The notes: generated by a model from the sequence alone, not told the origin. 61,886 nucleotides of DNA from Prolixibacteraceae bacterium (GCA_035297625.1 DATGYU010000316.1:1-61886), one strand, 5' to 3'. Shown: positions 47,239 to 56,735, counted from the stretch's first letter. Numbers and translations: made by a program.

Positions 47239-47790
47239 ATGGACCTTGAAAACATCACGTTGATTTCTTTTGGTTATTTTGAGCGGGAACTGCTCGAGAT
47301 GATCATTGAAGATGTGGAGCGTGAGTTTATGCTCCCTGTAAAGATCAGGGAAGGTCATATCGATTTAAGCGAGTTCTATGATCCTGCCCGCAGACAATAT
47401 GACGGCAACAGGCTCATTAAGGAGATCGATTCTATGTATTCCATTGATGGCAATAAAACCCTGGGGCTTTTCAATGTCGACCTGTTCATTCCCATTCTTA
47501 CCTACATATTCGGGCAGGCCTTTCTGGGAGGGCGTACCGGGATTGCTTCCATTTACAGGCTAAGCAATGAATCGTATGGTATTAAACCTGATAAAAAAGT
47601 ATTTCTTGATCGTTTTCGCAAAGAGGTAATCCATGAATTAGGCCATACCTTTGGCCTTATCCATTGCCGCAATATTGGATGCGTCATGCGATCCAGCACT
47701 TATGTGGAAGATATCGACCAGAAAGATTCCATGTTATGCCATCAATGCAAAACAGAACTTGCCAACCTTTACCAGAATATTAACGGCTAA
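47239..47790 (+). CDS. Archaemetzincin (peptidase M54) zinc metalloprotease
   Basis: HELGHTFGLIHC...CVM...LCHQC; RRQY; YIFG. Confidence 0.88.
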   Translation: MDLENITLISFGYFERELLEMIIEDVEREFMLPVKIREGHIDLSEFYDPARRQYDGNRLIKEIDSMYSIDGNKTLGLFNVDLFIPILTYIFGQAFLGGRTGIASIYRLSNESYGIKPDKKVFLDRFRKEVIHELGHTFGLIHCRNIGCVMRSSTYVEDIDQKDSMLCHQCKTELANLYQNING

Positions 47791-47805
47791 TCATTGAGTA
47801 TATAG

Positions 47806-47838
47806 AAAAGGGACAGAAGAAAATTCTTCGGCCCCTTT
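47806..47838. terminator. Probable bidirectional terminator between convergent genes
   Basis: Imperfect AAAGGG..GAAGAA / TTCTTC..CCCTTT stem. Confidence 0.5.
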
Positions 47839-47866
47839 ATATCTGTTTAACTAGTTCTATATCGTA

Positions 47867-48979
47867 TTACTTCTCGATGATACTTTTTACAGCACCTGTA
47901 TTTGGAAAGAATTCCAGTTTATAGTTTCCATCCAGTATATCTTCCGGCACTGGGGCTACGCTGCCAAACTGAGCGACGGCAATGCGTGAAGTGGCCAATT
48001 GGGTGCTTCCATCCAGCAGACGTATGTCAGCCATACCTGGCATACGGTAATACACGCCGCTTTTGCCTGCAAATGGATTATCAGAAGTGCTCAGGGCGCT
48101 TTGTTTGGCCGCCAGGTTATCCGACTTGGTAAGCTCTATCATGATCGGACGGCCCGACAGGTCGGTTTTAGGCAATACCCCGCGATCTTCGCTAAATCGG
48201 AAACACACCTCCCCTTTTACACTCTTTTGTCCGGGAACATAATCAAAGATGAATTCATAGGATTGTTTATCTGATTTGCCAATAAACAAAGCCACATAGT
48301 TTTCTTCCATCTTACCCAACTCCTGAGTCATCACCTCAAAAGATTTACCATCGGGCAGGGGCTCATCATCTGCATTGGTAAGCAAGGCAAACCGGGAATT
48401 GCGAAGGTTAAATATGGTCTCGGCAGCTTCTGCTGCTTTCTGCTCCTGATTTTTGGATACCATCTTAAACTTCTTGGTTGAATCGGCAGGAGAATAATAG
48501 CTCCAGATAGAAAGATCAGTAAACTTGGTTTGCTTGTCTGCATTTTTCAATACAAAAGAACTGGTCTGCACCTGTGAATGATCCACATTAGCGCCTGTAT
48601 TAATACCTGCCAGGATGCCGGATTCAGTTAGGCTGACCATCTGTGCTGCTTTACCCAAAGCTTTATGAACCTGCTCGGGATCCGGTTCACTGAATACTTC
48701 AATTTGAATATCGTCCATACTCCAACGATCCGCATCTGCGGAAGGCGCATTATCGATGCCAAGCATCTTTTGAGCATAGGCAGAGAAAGGTCCATGTACA
48801 AAATGCTCCCGCGTGGCTTTTACATGAATACGGATTCCTGTTTGAGGCAGCGAATACACCACTCCTTCTACCGGGCCAGCGATTGCACCTGAGCCCGCTT
48901 TTTTCTTATCTTCCTTTTGTGCCGTTACTACTGAAACAGTAAAAAGAGCAAGGATTAATGTTAATACTGAAAACTTCAT
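47867..48979 (-). CDS. DUF4831-like secreted protein
   Basis: Signal peptide; GVVYSLP, GPF..YA..MLG, YVALFIG, YYRMPG, AQFG motifs of a Bacteroidales family. Confidence 0.7.
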   Translation of the reverse strand: MKFSVLTLILALFTVSVVTAQKEDKKKAGSGAIAGPVEGVVYSLPQTGIRIHVKATREHFVHGPFSAYAQKMLGIDNAPSADADRWSMDDIQIEVFSEPDPEQVHKALGKAAQMVSLTESGILAGINTGANVDHSQVQTSSFVLKNADKQTKFTDLSIWSYYSPADSTKKFKMVSKNQEQKAAEAAETIFNLRNSRFALLTNADDEPLPDGKSFEVMTQELGKMEENYVALFIGKSDKQSYEFIFDYVPGQKSVKGEVCFRFSEDRGVLPKTDLSGRPIMIELTKSDNLAAKQSALSTSDNPFAGKSGVYYRMPGMADIRLLDGSTQLATSRIAVAQFGSVAPVPEDILDGNYKLEFFPNTGAVKSIIEK

Positions 48980-49073
48980 TGTCCTTTAATTATTTGGTTC
49001 ATTTCTTTCACTGAATGATTTACTTCATAAATCATTCCACTTCTCCATTAAAAACCCAAAAATAACCAAAATA

Positions 49074-50582
49074 TTATTCATGCTGCATAAAAGCATTTCC
49101 TAACTTAGCGATTATGTCCCCGGCAATCAGGGCTTGTTGTCCTAATCGTTGAGCCGCCAGGTCGCCTGCCAATCCATGCAGGTAAACACCAATAATAGTT
49201 GCTTCCTCCGGCGTATAATCCTGGGCCAGCAGCCCAAGGATAATTCCTGTCAATACATCTCCGCTTCCTCCGGTAGCCATTCCGGGATTTCCGGTGCTGT
49301 TAAAAAATACTTTTCCATCGGGCAGGGTAATACAGCTATGAGCACCTTTGCACAGGACAATTACCTTATATTGTGCCGAAAACTGAAGCTGAAGCTGCAG
49401 GCGCTCCCAGGAATTATTTGATGGTCCTATCAGCCTTTCAAACTCTTTGGGATGAGGGGTAAGTATGGCATTTTCGGGCAAAAGATCAATATCCCCCTTA
49501 TTTTCTGCCAGGATATTTAATGCATCGGCATCCAGCACTAGCCTGGCAGGCTTGGTGTACAAAATCTCAAACAAGGCCTGTTGGGTAACAGCCCTTTTAT
49601 CCAGTCCGGGGCCAATGCCAATGGCCGAGTATGAAATCAACTCGGGTACGCTGGAAAATACGATATCTGATGCATCAATGGAAGTCATCGCCTCGGCTAC
49701 CGAGCTCTGAAAGATTTCGTACCCAAGACGGGGAATATGAGCGGTCAATAATCCCACTCCTGCCCGCAAACAGGCTCTGGCCGACAGTACGGCAGCTCCC
49801 ATCTTGCCATAGCTCCCGGCAATTAGCAGTGCATGGCCATAGGTACCTTTATGCGAGAATTTCTCCCGCTTTTTAATCTTTGGGGCTACAAACTCCTTGG
49901 TCAGAAAGGTATAATTGCTTTCTGTTTGCCCGATGGCCTCCGGGTGAAGATCAATAGGCAAGACTTCCCAATTCCCAGTATAAGTAACATTTTCAGGAAA
50001 CAAAAAGCTTAGCTTGGGAAACTCAAAGGTCAAAGTATAGGTGGCTTTTATGATGGCCGAGAGGTCATTGGCGGAATTATCTTCCCCCATAAGCCCACTG
50101 GGAATATCTATGGAAACCACTTTCGCTTTGGATTGATTGATGGCCCTTACAATCTCAGCGGTTAGCCCGGTTAAGGGCCTTGTTAATCCCGAGCCAAACA
50201 GTCCGTCGACAACAATCACATCCTCAGGGATAACTGGGATCTTGGCGCTGGAACCAATTGTTTTGACGACAACCTTGTCTAATTCTATCAAACGGCTAAG
50301 GTTACTGGCTGCATCGCCTTTTAGCTCCTTCCCAAGATCAATTACATATACCGTACATTCAAAACCTGTCCAGGCAAGCATTCGGGCCACTGCCAAGGCG
50401 TCTCCCCCATTGTTGCCCGGCCCTGCAAAGAACCAGAATTGGCGGTAGTTTCCCAAATTATTGATCAGCCAGTCGGCTACCTGCATGGAAGCTCTTTCCA
50501 TTAAGTCGATGGAAGATATGGGCTCCAGTTTCATGGTTAACTGATCGATTTGAGCGATTTGCTGACAGGTAAATAGTTTCAT
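49074..50582 (-). CDS. nnr: Bifunctional NAD(P)H-hydrate epimerase/dehydratase
   Basis: LMERA, GPGNNGGD, DIPSG, HKGTYG, LTPHPKEF, GMATGGSGDVL. Confidence 0.93.
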   Translation of the reverse strand: MKLFTCQQIAQIDQLTMKLEPISSIDLMERASMQVADWLINNLGNYRQFWFFAGPGNNGGDALAVARMLAWTGFECTVYVIDLGKELKGDAASNLSRLIELDKVVVKTIGSSAKIPVIPEDVIVVDGLFGSGLTRPLTGLTAEIVRAINQSKAKVVSIDIPSGLMGEDNSANDLSAIIKATYTLTFEFPKLSFLFPENVTYTGNWEVLPIDLHPEAIGQTESNYTFLTKEFVAPKIKKREKFSHKGTYGHALLIAGSYGKMGAAVLSARACLRAGVGLLTAHIPRLGYEIFQSSVAEAMTSIDASDIVFSSVPELISYSAIGIGPGLDKRAVTQQALFEILYTKPARLVLDADALNILAENKGDIDLLPENAILTPHPKEFERLIGPSNNSWERLQLQLQFSAQYKVIVLCKGAHSCITLPDGKVFFNSTGNPGMATGGSGDVLTGIILGLLAQDYTPEEATIIGVYLHGLAGDLAAQRLGQQALIAGDIIAKLGNAFMQHE

Positions 50583-50597
50583 AGTTTGAAATTTGTG

Positions 50598-50654
50598 TTA
50601 CTGATAGTCTCACTTTAAGTGAGACTATCAGTAAAAAAGTGAGACTATCAGTAA
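50598..50654. repeat. REP palindrome plus half copy downstream of RAYT
   Basis: TTACTGATAGTCTCACTT-T-AAGTGAGACTATCAGTAA (50598-50634), then the right arm again (50637-50654). Confidence 0.9.
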
Positions 50655-51313
50655 AGACTATACTCTCTTGCTCTTTCTTTATGGATTAACTTTCCTTTTC
50701 GGCCTGCAAAATAATCAGGGGCTGAGCTAAATTCCCAGCCAATAATTGATTTGCACAAGCATGCTTTAACAGGATTATTATGGATATACTTAAAACAAAC
50801 AGTAGGGTATTCTTCTCTGGTAAGCACATCATTATCCTGAAGTTCATAATCTTCATAAAACCAGCTAAAATCGTTTTCATCAGGATTCGTTAGGCAACTG
50901 ACTTTGGTGTGTTGCTGAAAGAGTGAGCCCTCCATCTTTTCCTGCTTCTGAATGGCACGGGCGTAGGTGCGGAGCATAATTCCAATGGAGTCGTTGAATG
51001 AACGTAATTTGGGAGGTTTTTTACCAGGGATACTGATAGTCTTACTTGGTGTGCTGATAGTTTTACTGATAGTCTCACTTTGAGTGAGACTATCAGTATC
51101 CTCTTCTTTAACAGCAAGTTTTACAAAATTCACATGCACCATCATATGAAAATGGTTAGGCATTAGCACCCATGCTATTATATCTGCATAAGGCAGAATA
51201 TACTGCTTAATTTTCAATAGGAAAAATAGATAATTTTCTCTGTTGAAGAATATCTTTTGGGAATTATTTCCCCTATTGTAAATGTGAAATAGATGGCCGG
51301 TCTCGAAATACAT
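50648..51313 (-). mobile_element. REP-associated tyrosine transposase (RAYT; IS200/IS605 Y1 HUH family) CDS
   Basis: FHIYNRGNN..IF, LMPNHFH (HUH), YIHNNPVKA, WEFSS; flanked by REP palindromes. Confidence 0.88.
51029..51100. repeat. REP palindrome and partial copies inside the RAYT coding sequence
   Basis: TACTGATAGTCTCACT-TTG-AGTGAGACTATCAGTA at 51064-51098, preceded by two degenerate left arms. Confidence 0.88.
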
Positions 51314-51385
51314 TTTTCATAAAAGATACAAAGAAAATGTGAGAATTGCCAATTGGGAATATAAAAAATTAAGGATAGTATACTG

Positions 51386-51451
51386 AGAGATACTGATAGT
51401 CTCACTTGGAGTGAGACTATCAGTATCTCTTGGAGTGAGACTATCAGTATC
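51386..51451. repeat. REP palindrome plus half copy upstream of RAYT
   Basis: AGAGATACTGATAGTCTCACT-TGG-AGTGAGACTATCAGTATCTCT, then TGGAGTGAGACTATCAGTATC. Confidence 0.9.
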
Positions 51452-51457
51452 CCTTGC

Positions 51458-52732
51458 TTACTCTATCCTCTCAAACCCGCAATACGGTACCAGCACTTTG
51501 GGAATCCGAATACCTTCTGGTGTCTGATTATTTTCAAGCAGTGCTGCCATGATGCGTGGCAAAGCCAGCGCGCTTCCATTGAGCGTATGGGCAATCACCG
51601 GCTTTTTGGTTGCCTCATCGCGGTAACGAAGCTTTAGGCGATTGGCCTGGAAGGATTCAAAATTGGATACAGAACTTACTTCCAGCCATTTCTCCTGGGC
51701 AGCCGAGAATACTTCAAAATCATAAGTCAGGGCAGAGGTAAAACTCATATCGCCCCCGCAAAGACGAAGGATGCGGTAAGGCAGTTCCAGTTTTTCCACC
51801 AACCCGGTAACATGGGCTACCATCTCATCCAGTAACTGATATGAATTTTCAGGATGGGCAATCTGCACAATTTCCACCTTATCGAACTGGTGAAGGCGGT
51901 TTAGTCCGCGAACATCCTTTCCATACGACCCTGCCTCACGACGAAAACAGGCACTGTAAGCAGTATTTTTGATGGGAAGTTCCTTGGCTTCCACGATCAC
52001 ATCCCTGTAAATATTGGTTACCGGCACTTCAGCCGTTGGAATCAAATACAGATTGTCGGCAGTAGCATGATACATCTGTCCTTCCTTATCGGGAAGCTGT
52101 CCGGTGCCAAAACCTGAATCTTCATTGACCATGTAAGGAGGCTGAATCTCCAGGTATCCTGAATCGCGCGCCTCATCCAAAAAGAAATTGATCAGAGCAC
52201 GTTGCAGCCGGGCCCCTTTACCTTTGTACACAGGAAAACCTGCACCGGTAATTTTAACGCCCAGTTCAAAATCGATGATATCATACTTTTTGGCCAAATC
52301 CCAGTGGGGAACACTGTTTTCGGGCAGAGCAGGTATTTCACCCATTCTTTTTACCACCAGGTTATCCTCGGGAGTACGGCCTTCAGGCACCAAATCGGCT
52401 GGAAGGTTGGGCAGTAAAACCTGTAGATTGAATATATCCTGGTCAATACGGGCAAACTCTTCATCCAGCTGCCTGATGGTATCTTTTATTTCGGTAGTTC
52501 TGTTTTTAGCGGCCTCGGCCTGGTCTTTGTTACCGTCGCGCATGAGCAATCCGATTTCCTTGGAGATTTTATTCATCTCCGCTTTTAGCTGATCCGCCTT
52601 TGCCTGGGTTTCGTTTTTACGTGTTGACAATCCGGTAATTTGCTGAACGATGGCAGCGGCATCAAAATGTTTCTTTTTAAGTTTAGCCACTACCAATTCC
52701 GGATTTTCCTGTATAAATTTCAGATTGAGCAT
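51458..52732 (-). CDS. serS: Serine--tRNA ligase
   Basis: LIPTAEVP, CFRREAG, RLHQFDKVE, EVSSVSN, HTLNGS. Confidence 0.97.
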   Translation of the reverse strand: MLNLKFIQENPELVVAKLKKKHFDAAAIVQQITGLSTRKNETQAKADQLKAEMNKISKEIGLLMRDGNKDQAEAAKNRTTEIKDTIRQLDEEFARIDQDIFNLQVLLPNLPADLVPEGRTPEDNLVVKRMGEIPALPENSVPHWDLAKKYDIIDFELGVKITGAGFPVYKGKGARLQRALINFFLDEARDSGYLEIQPPYMVNEDSGFGTGQLPDKEGQMYHATADNLYLIPTAEVPVTNIYRDVIVEAKELPIKNTAYSACFRREAGSYGKDVRGLNRLHQFDKVEIVQIAHPENSYQLLDEMVAHVTGLVEKLELPYRILRLCGGDMSFTSALTYDFEVFSAAQEKWLEVSSVSNFESFQANRLKLRYRDEATKKPVIAHTLNGSALALPRIMAALLENNQTPEGIRIPKVLVPYCGFERIE

Positions 52733-52774
52733 TTTCGGTAATTTTTATATGTTTGAGACCGACAAATTTATAAC

Positions 52775-52810
52775 AAAAAAAATCTCCTGCCTTCATGAAA
52801 GCAGGAGATT
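52775..52810 (-). terminator. Intrinsic terminator of rplU-rpmA
   Basis: AATCTCCTGC / GCAGGAGATT stem followed by a T-tract on the minus strand. Confidence 0.85.
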
Positions 52811-52836
52811 ATTCAATACATATCTTTTTATTCGTA

Positions 52837-53109
52837 CTAGTTAATATCTGTAGTAACTACAGGATCAACATTAACGAATGATTTGTTGTCGCCTTTTTTC
52901 TTGAAAACAACAGTTCCATCCACCAAAGCAAACAAGGTATGATCTCTACCCATACCAACATTTACACCTGGGTGGTGTGAAGTACCTCTCTGGCGAACAA
53001 GTATGTTACCAGCTTTTGCAGTCTGACCGCCGTAAATTTTAACGCCGAGTCGCTTGCTTTCCGATTCGCGTCCGTTCTTGGAACTACCGACACCTTTCTT
53101 ATGAGCCAT
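52837..53109 (-). CDS. rpmA: 50S ribosomal protein L27
   Basis: [22 protein letters not shown]. Confidence 0.98.
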   Translation of the reverse strand: MAHKKGVGSSKNGRESESKRLGVKIYGGQTAKAGNILVRQRGTSHHPGVNVGMGRDHTLFALVDGTVVFKKKGDNKSFVNVDPVVTTDIN

Positions 53110-53127
53110 TGTAAATTCTTTTTAATG

Positions 53128-53439
53128 TTATCCTAATACTTCTTCAATTTGAACTTTGGTCAGGTATTGACGATGACCATTCATTTTCTGGTAGGTCTTT
53201 CTTCTTTTCTTTTTGAAGACCAACACCTTATCGCCCTTTACATGTTCCAGAACGGTAACCTTAACACTGGCACCATCTACAAGGGGAGCTCCAACTTTCA
53301 CATCGCCGTCGTTGTCAACCAGTAAAACCTTGTCGAAAACAACAGTTTCGCCTTCTGCATTTGAAAGACGATGAACATAAATCTTCCGGCCCTTTTCAAC
53401 TTTCATCTGCTGACCGGCAATCTCTACAATTGCGTACAT
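53128..53439 (-). CDS. rplU: 50S ribosomal protein L21
   Basis: [11 protein letters not shown]...FKKKRRK...GHRQ. Confidence 0.98.
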   Translation of the reverse strand: MYAIVEIAGQQMKVEKGRKIYVHRLSNAEGETVVFDKVLLVDNDGDVKVGAPLVDGASVKVTVLEHVKGDKVLVFKKKRRKTYQKMNGHRQYLTKVQIEEVLG

Positions 53440-53521
53440 TTCAGTATATTTAATATTTCATCCGGCAGGCGGGAAACCATGGATTTGCCGCTTATAGGGC
53501 CTGCTCGAAACTTTCGGATTG

Positions 53522-53529
53522 CAAAAGTA
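53522..53529 (-). promoter_or_regulatory. -7 box TACTTTTG for rplU-rpmA
   Basis: TAnnTTTGC consensus about 80 bp upstream of the ATG. Confidence 0.6.
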
Positions 53530-53882
53530 GATATTTTTAAGTGATCACCAAAGCTTTACCACACTTTTTCTGATTTATTTACACAGAATCAATTTTGAAA
53601 TAAAATAATTCAAGCTGCTGGCAACTGGCCTGTGGTAAAAACCTGTTGCTCCAATCCTACACTATTGCTAATCGAAACAGGTGCTGCCTGCACCCAGTTG
53701 CTAACAGCACCTATCCCTTTCATCATTCAATTATCAAACCTCCGGATTTTCTGAGGCTGGCACCTTTCATTTAGCCTATTTTTATCAATCCCTAATAAAC
53801 CCTTAAAGATAAAGGCGAAAAATTCAGGCTGAATGTATAAAATTCTTATATTTGTTTTCCTTGAGGATCTATTTTATTATAA

Positions 53883-54485
53883 ATGCTAAAAGTAAAACTC
53901 AACATACTAGGACTGTCTGTAAGCCAGTCACAATCAGGCGCCTATGCATTGGTGCTTGCAGAAGAAAGCGGCGAGCGAAGAATCCCTATTATCATAGGTC
54001 CTATAGAAGCGCAGTCCATCGCCATTCAGTTGGAGGGTTTAAAACCACCCAGGCCACTGACGCACGACCTGTTTAAACAAGTAGCATCGGCCTTCGATAT
54101 CTACATCTCGGAAATTATCATCTACAAACTGGAAGAGGGGATTTTCTATTCTGAACTGGTCTGTATGAAAGACGGGAAACAGGTTATCATCGATTCACGC
54201 ACCTCCGATGCCGTTGCTTTGGCCCTTCGCTTTGGATGCCCCATTTATACTACGGAAGATATTTTGGAAAGGGCTGGCATTGTTATCGAGTTTGAAAACG
54301 AACACGAACATTCCGAGGAAGAATGGCATCAGCCACCTGCTGAAGAGCCCACCAGGGGAAAATATGAATACGGCAAATACACCTCTTCTGAATTAAATGA
54401 AATGCTCAACAATGCGGTCAAAGATGAAGACTACGAAAAAGCGTCTGCCATCCGCGATGAGATCAACCGCCGTAGAAAAGAATAG
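53883..54485 (+). CDS. Bifunctional nuclease family (DUF151) protein with C-terminal UVR domain
   Basis: IPIIIG..EAQSI, RPLTHDL, DSRTSDAVALA, AV..EDYEKA..IRDEI. Confidence 0.9.
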   Translation: MLKVKLNILGLSVSQSQSGAYALVLAEESGERRIPIIIGPIEAQSIAIQLEGLKPPRPLTHDLFKQVASAFDIYISEIIIYKLEEGIFYSELVCMKDGKQVIIDSRTSDAVALALRFGCPIYTTEDILERAGIVIEFENEHEHSEEEWHQPPAEEPTRGKYEYGKYTSSELNEMLNNAVKDEDYEKASAIRDEINRRRKE

Positions 54486-55038
54486 CATCCCTGGTTATTC
54501 CATACCAGGCGAAAGACGCTTTATCCCAAGACAGTTTTTATTGGGTCGTTAGCGACTATTGCTTTATCAGATCAAGTTAAAAACCTGTATAGAGAAAGTT
54601 TCTGGCCTTCCGGCTACTGCCGTCTACCCTCCTCTTCTCCAATCAAAAATAGCCTGTTTTAGGGGTAATGACCAATTTTACAATTTTAATTCCTGGATTT
54701 AAAGGTTAGGTTTAATAAAGTGTAATACTCAGAAACACAACAAATAACCGAAAGGCTTATCTATCGCTCTAACCATTGCACATACAAATTTTTAAAACCC
54801 CATTTTGCCCAGGCATACTTCCGTAGAAATGGCAAGAAAGTAAAATCGGGCCAGATTGCCTTATTCTGAAAACAGGAATGGGACCATCAGTTTGAATTTT
54901 CAGTCCTATTATTTTTACTATGGTGGACTCTATCATAAACAGGCTATTAAGCTGAAGCACTTAAAGGGTGTATTCTGATTTTTATCTTTCAATGCCAATT
55001 ATGGTATTCTTCTGTTCTAATATACCTAAAAATTCCTG

Positions 55039-55131
55039 TTTTCTGTAACCTTTTAGATACTCATCTGTAACCTTTCTGTATCCGATATTACAGAAAGGTT
55101 ACAGAAAGGTTACAGAAACCTTAGAGAAAGT
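55039..55131. repeat. Palindromic 11-bp-unit array, copy 2 (inverted relative to 8242-8334)
   Basis: Reverse complement matches copy 1 at 82 of 93 positions by manual alignment. Confidence 0.85.
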
Positions 55132-55487
55132 AGAAAAGAAAAGGTAATTTAAGACATATTATTTCCATCTTTCATTTAGTACCTTTTTAAAGACTGGCAG
55201 TTAAAATTGGAAGAGAATAAATATACTTTCAGGAAACATAGAAACAAGCCAATCATGTCTGGACAGATGCAACAACTGAATGTTTTCTTTTTCAGGAAGT
55301 ATTTCCACGGAATAATTATCCACTGTCATTTCTACCTTATTTCGGATTATCAATATACTTGTCCCTCCTTCAGAAAGTTGATTTAAAGCATTTTCTACAT
55401 TTCCATAATTCCCTATTTCTTTTGCAGTGATAACAGGAGTTTTTGCTAAGTTTAAAGCCTCAAAAACCAATCAAATCTGAAACCAAA

Positions 55488-56729
55488 ATGTTAGGGATAA
55501 AGAATCGTCTGATCATTATGAACTTCCTCCAGTTTTTCATCTGGGGAGCATGGCTCATTTCAATAGGAGTTTATTTAAGCGGAACATTGGGCTTTAACGG
55601 GGTGCAGATCGGGGCGGTGTTTTCTACCCTGGGTCTTGCTTCTCTTTTTATGCCGGCCGTTATGGGCATCATTGCCGACAAATGGATCAATGCGGAAAGG
55701 CTTCTGGGAATTTGCCACCTTATCGGGGCTCTTTTGCTCTTTTGGGCTTCTACCATTACCGATCCCGACCGGTTCTTTTACGTCATCCTGTTTTATGCCA
55801 TGTTTTATATGCCTACAATAGCCTTGAACAGTACGGTTTCGTATATCGTTCTGGAGCAAAAAGGCTATGATGTGGTCAAGGATTTTCCTCCCATCCGGGT
55901 TTGGGGAACAGTCGGCTTTATTGCCGCCATGTGGATCGTGGATCTTTTTGGATGGAAGGGGAGCAATATGCAATTGGTGTTTAGTGGCTGCTCATCGATA
56001 GCCCTTGGATTGTATGCCTTTTCCATGCCCGCCTGCAAACCGGAAAATACCAACGAGAAGAAAAGCCTGGCTTCACGCCTTGGACTGGATGCCCTGGTGC
56101 TGTTTAAACAGTCCCGGATGGCTGTTTTCTTTCTTTTTGCCATGTTTTTAGGCGCTGCGCTGCAAATTACCAATGCCTTTGGCAGTTCGTTTCTTGAAAG
56201 CTTTAACCTTACCCATCCCGATACTTTTGGGGTGAAACATCCCATCGTGTTGCTATCCATATCACAGATGTCGGAGACGCTGTTTATTTTGACTATCCCT
56301 TTCTTTTTACGCAAATTTGGCATCAAGAAGGTGATGATCATTAGTATTTTTGCATGGGTACTACGCTTTGGACTGTTCAGTATCGGTGATCCCGGCCAGG
56401 GCTTGTATCTGCTCATCTTATCCATGATAGTTTACGGGATGGCTTTTGACTTTTTCAATATATCGGGTTCTTTGTTTGTTGAAAAAGAAGTGCCCTCCTC
56501 CTACAGGGCCAGTGCACAGGGAATCTTTATGCTGGTGACCAATGGCGTTGGCGCTACCCTTGGAGGTTACGGCAGCGGGGTGGTAGTCGATTACTTTACC
56601 CGTGACGGGGTGAGTGACTGGCCAACTATCTGGCTTTGTTTCGCTTCCTATGCCCTGGTATTAGGTTTGATTTTTCCTTTGGCTTTTAAATACAAACACA
56701 AACCCGAAATGGTAGCATCGGTTTTATAA
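55488..56729 (+). CDS. Nucleoside:H+ symporter (NupG/XapB family)
   Basis: FLQFFIWGAW, GIIADKW, FPPIRVWGTVG, SQMSE, FDFF. ATG at 55488 preferred to TTG at 55443. Confidence 0.9.
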   Translation: MLGIKNRLIIMNFLQFFIWGAWLISIGVYLSGTLGFNGVQIGAVFSTLGLASLFMPAVMGIIADKWINAERLLGICHLIGALLLFWASTITDPDRFFYVILFYAMFYMPTIALNSTVSYIVLEQKGYDVVKDFPPIRVWGTVGFIAAMWIVDLFGWKGSNMQLVFSGCSSIALGLYAFSMPACKPENTNEKKSLASRLGLDALVLFKQSRMAVFFLFAMFLGAALQITNAFGSSFLESFNLTHPDTFGVKHPIVLLSISQMSETLFILTIPFFLRKFGIKKVMIISIFAWVLRFGLFSIGDPGQGLYLLILSMIVYGMAFDFFNISGSLFVEKEVPSSYRASAQGIFMLVTNGVGATLGGYGSGVVVDYFTRDGVSDWPTIWLCFASYALVLGLIFPLAFKYKHKPEMVASVL

Positions 56730-56735
56730 AGAACG

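Noticed and set aside
8334-55039. The 47-kb segment between the two inverted copies as a composite transposon or invertible island
   Set aside because: It contains core genes (serS, rplU, rpmA, pepD) and no recombinase; dispersed repeat copies are the simpler explanation
55201-55470. 89-aa minus-strand ORF upstream of the nucleoside permease
   Set aside because: TTG start overlapping the permease leader and no recognisable motif; a gene remnant cannot be excluded but is unsupported
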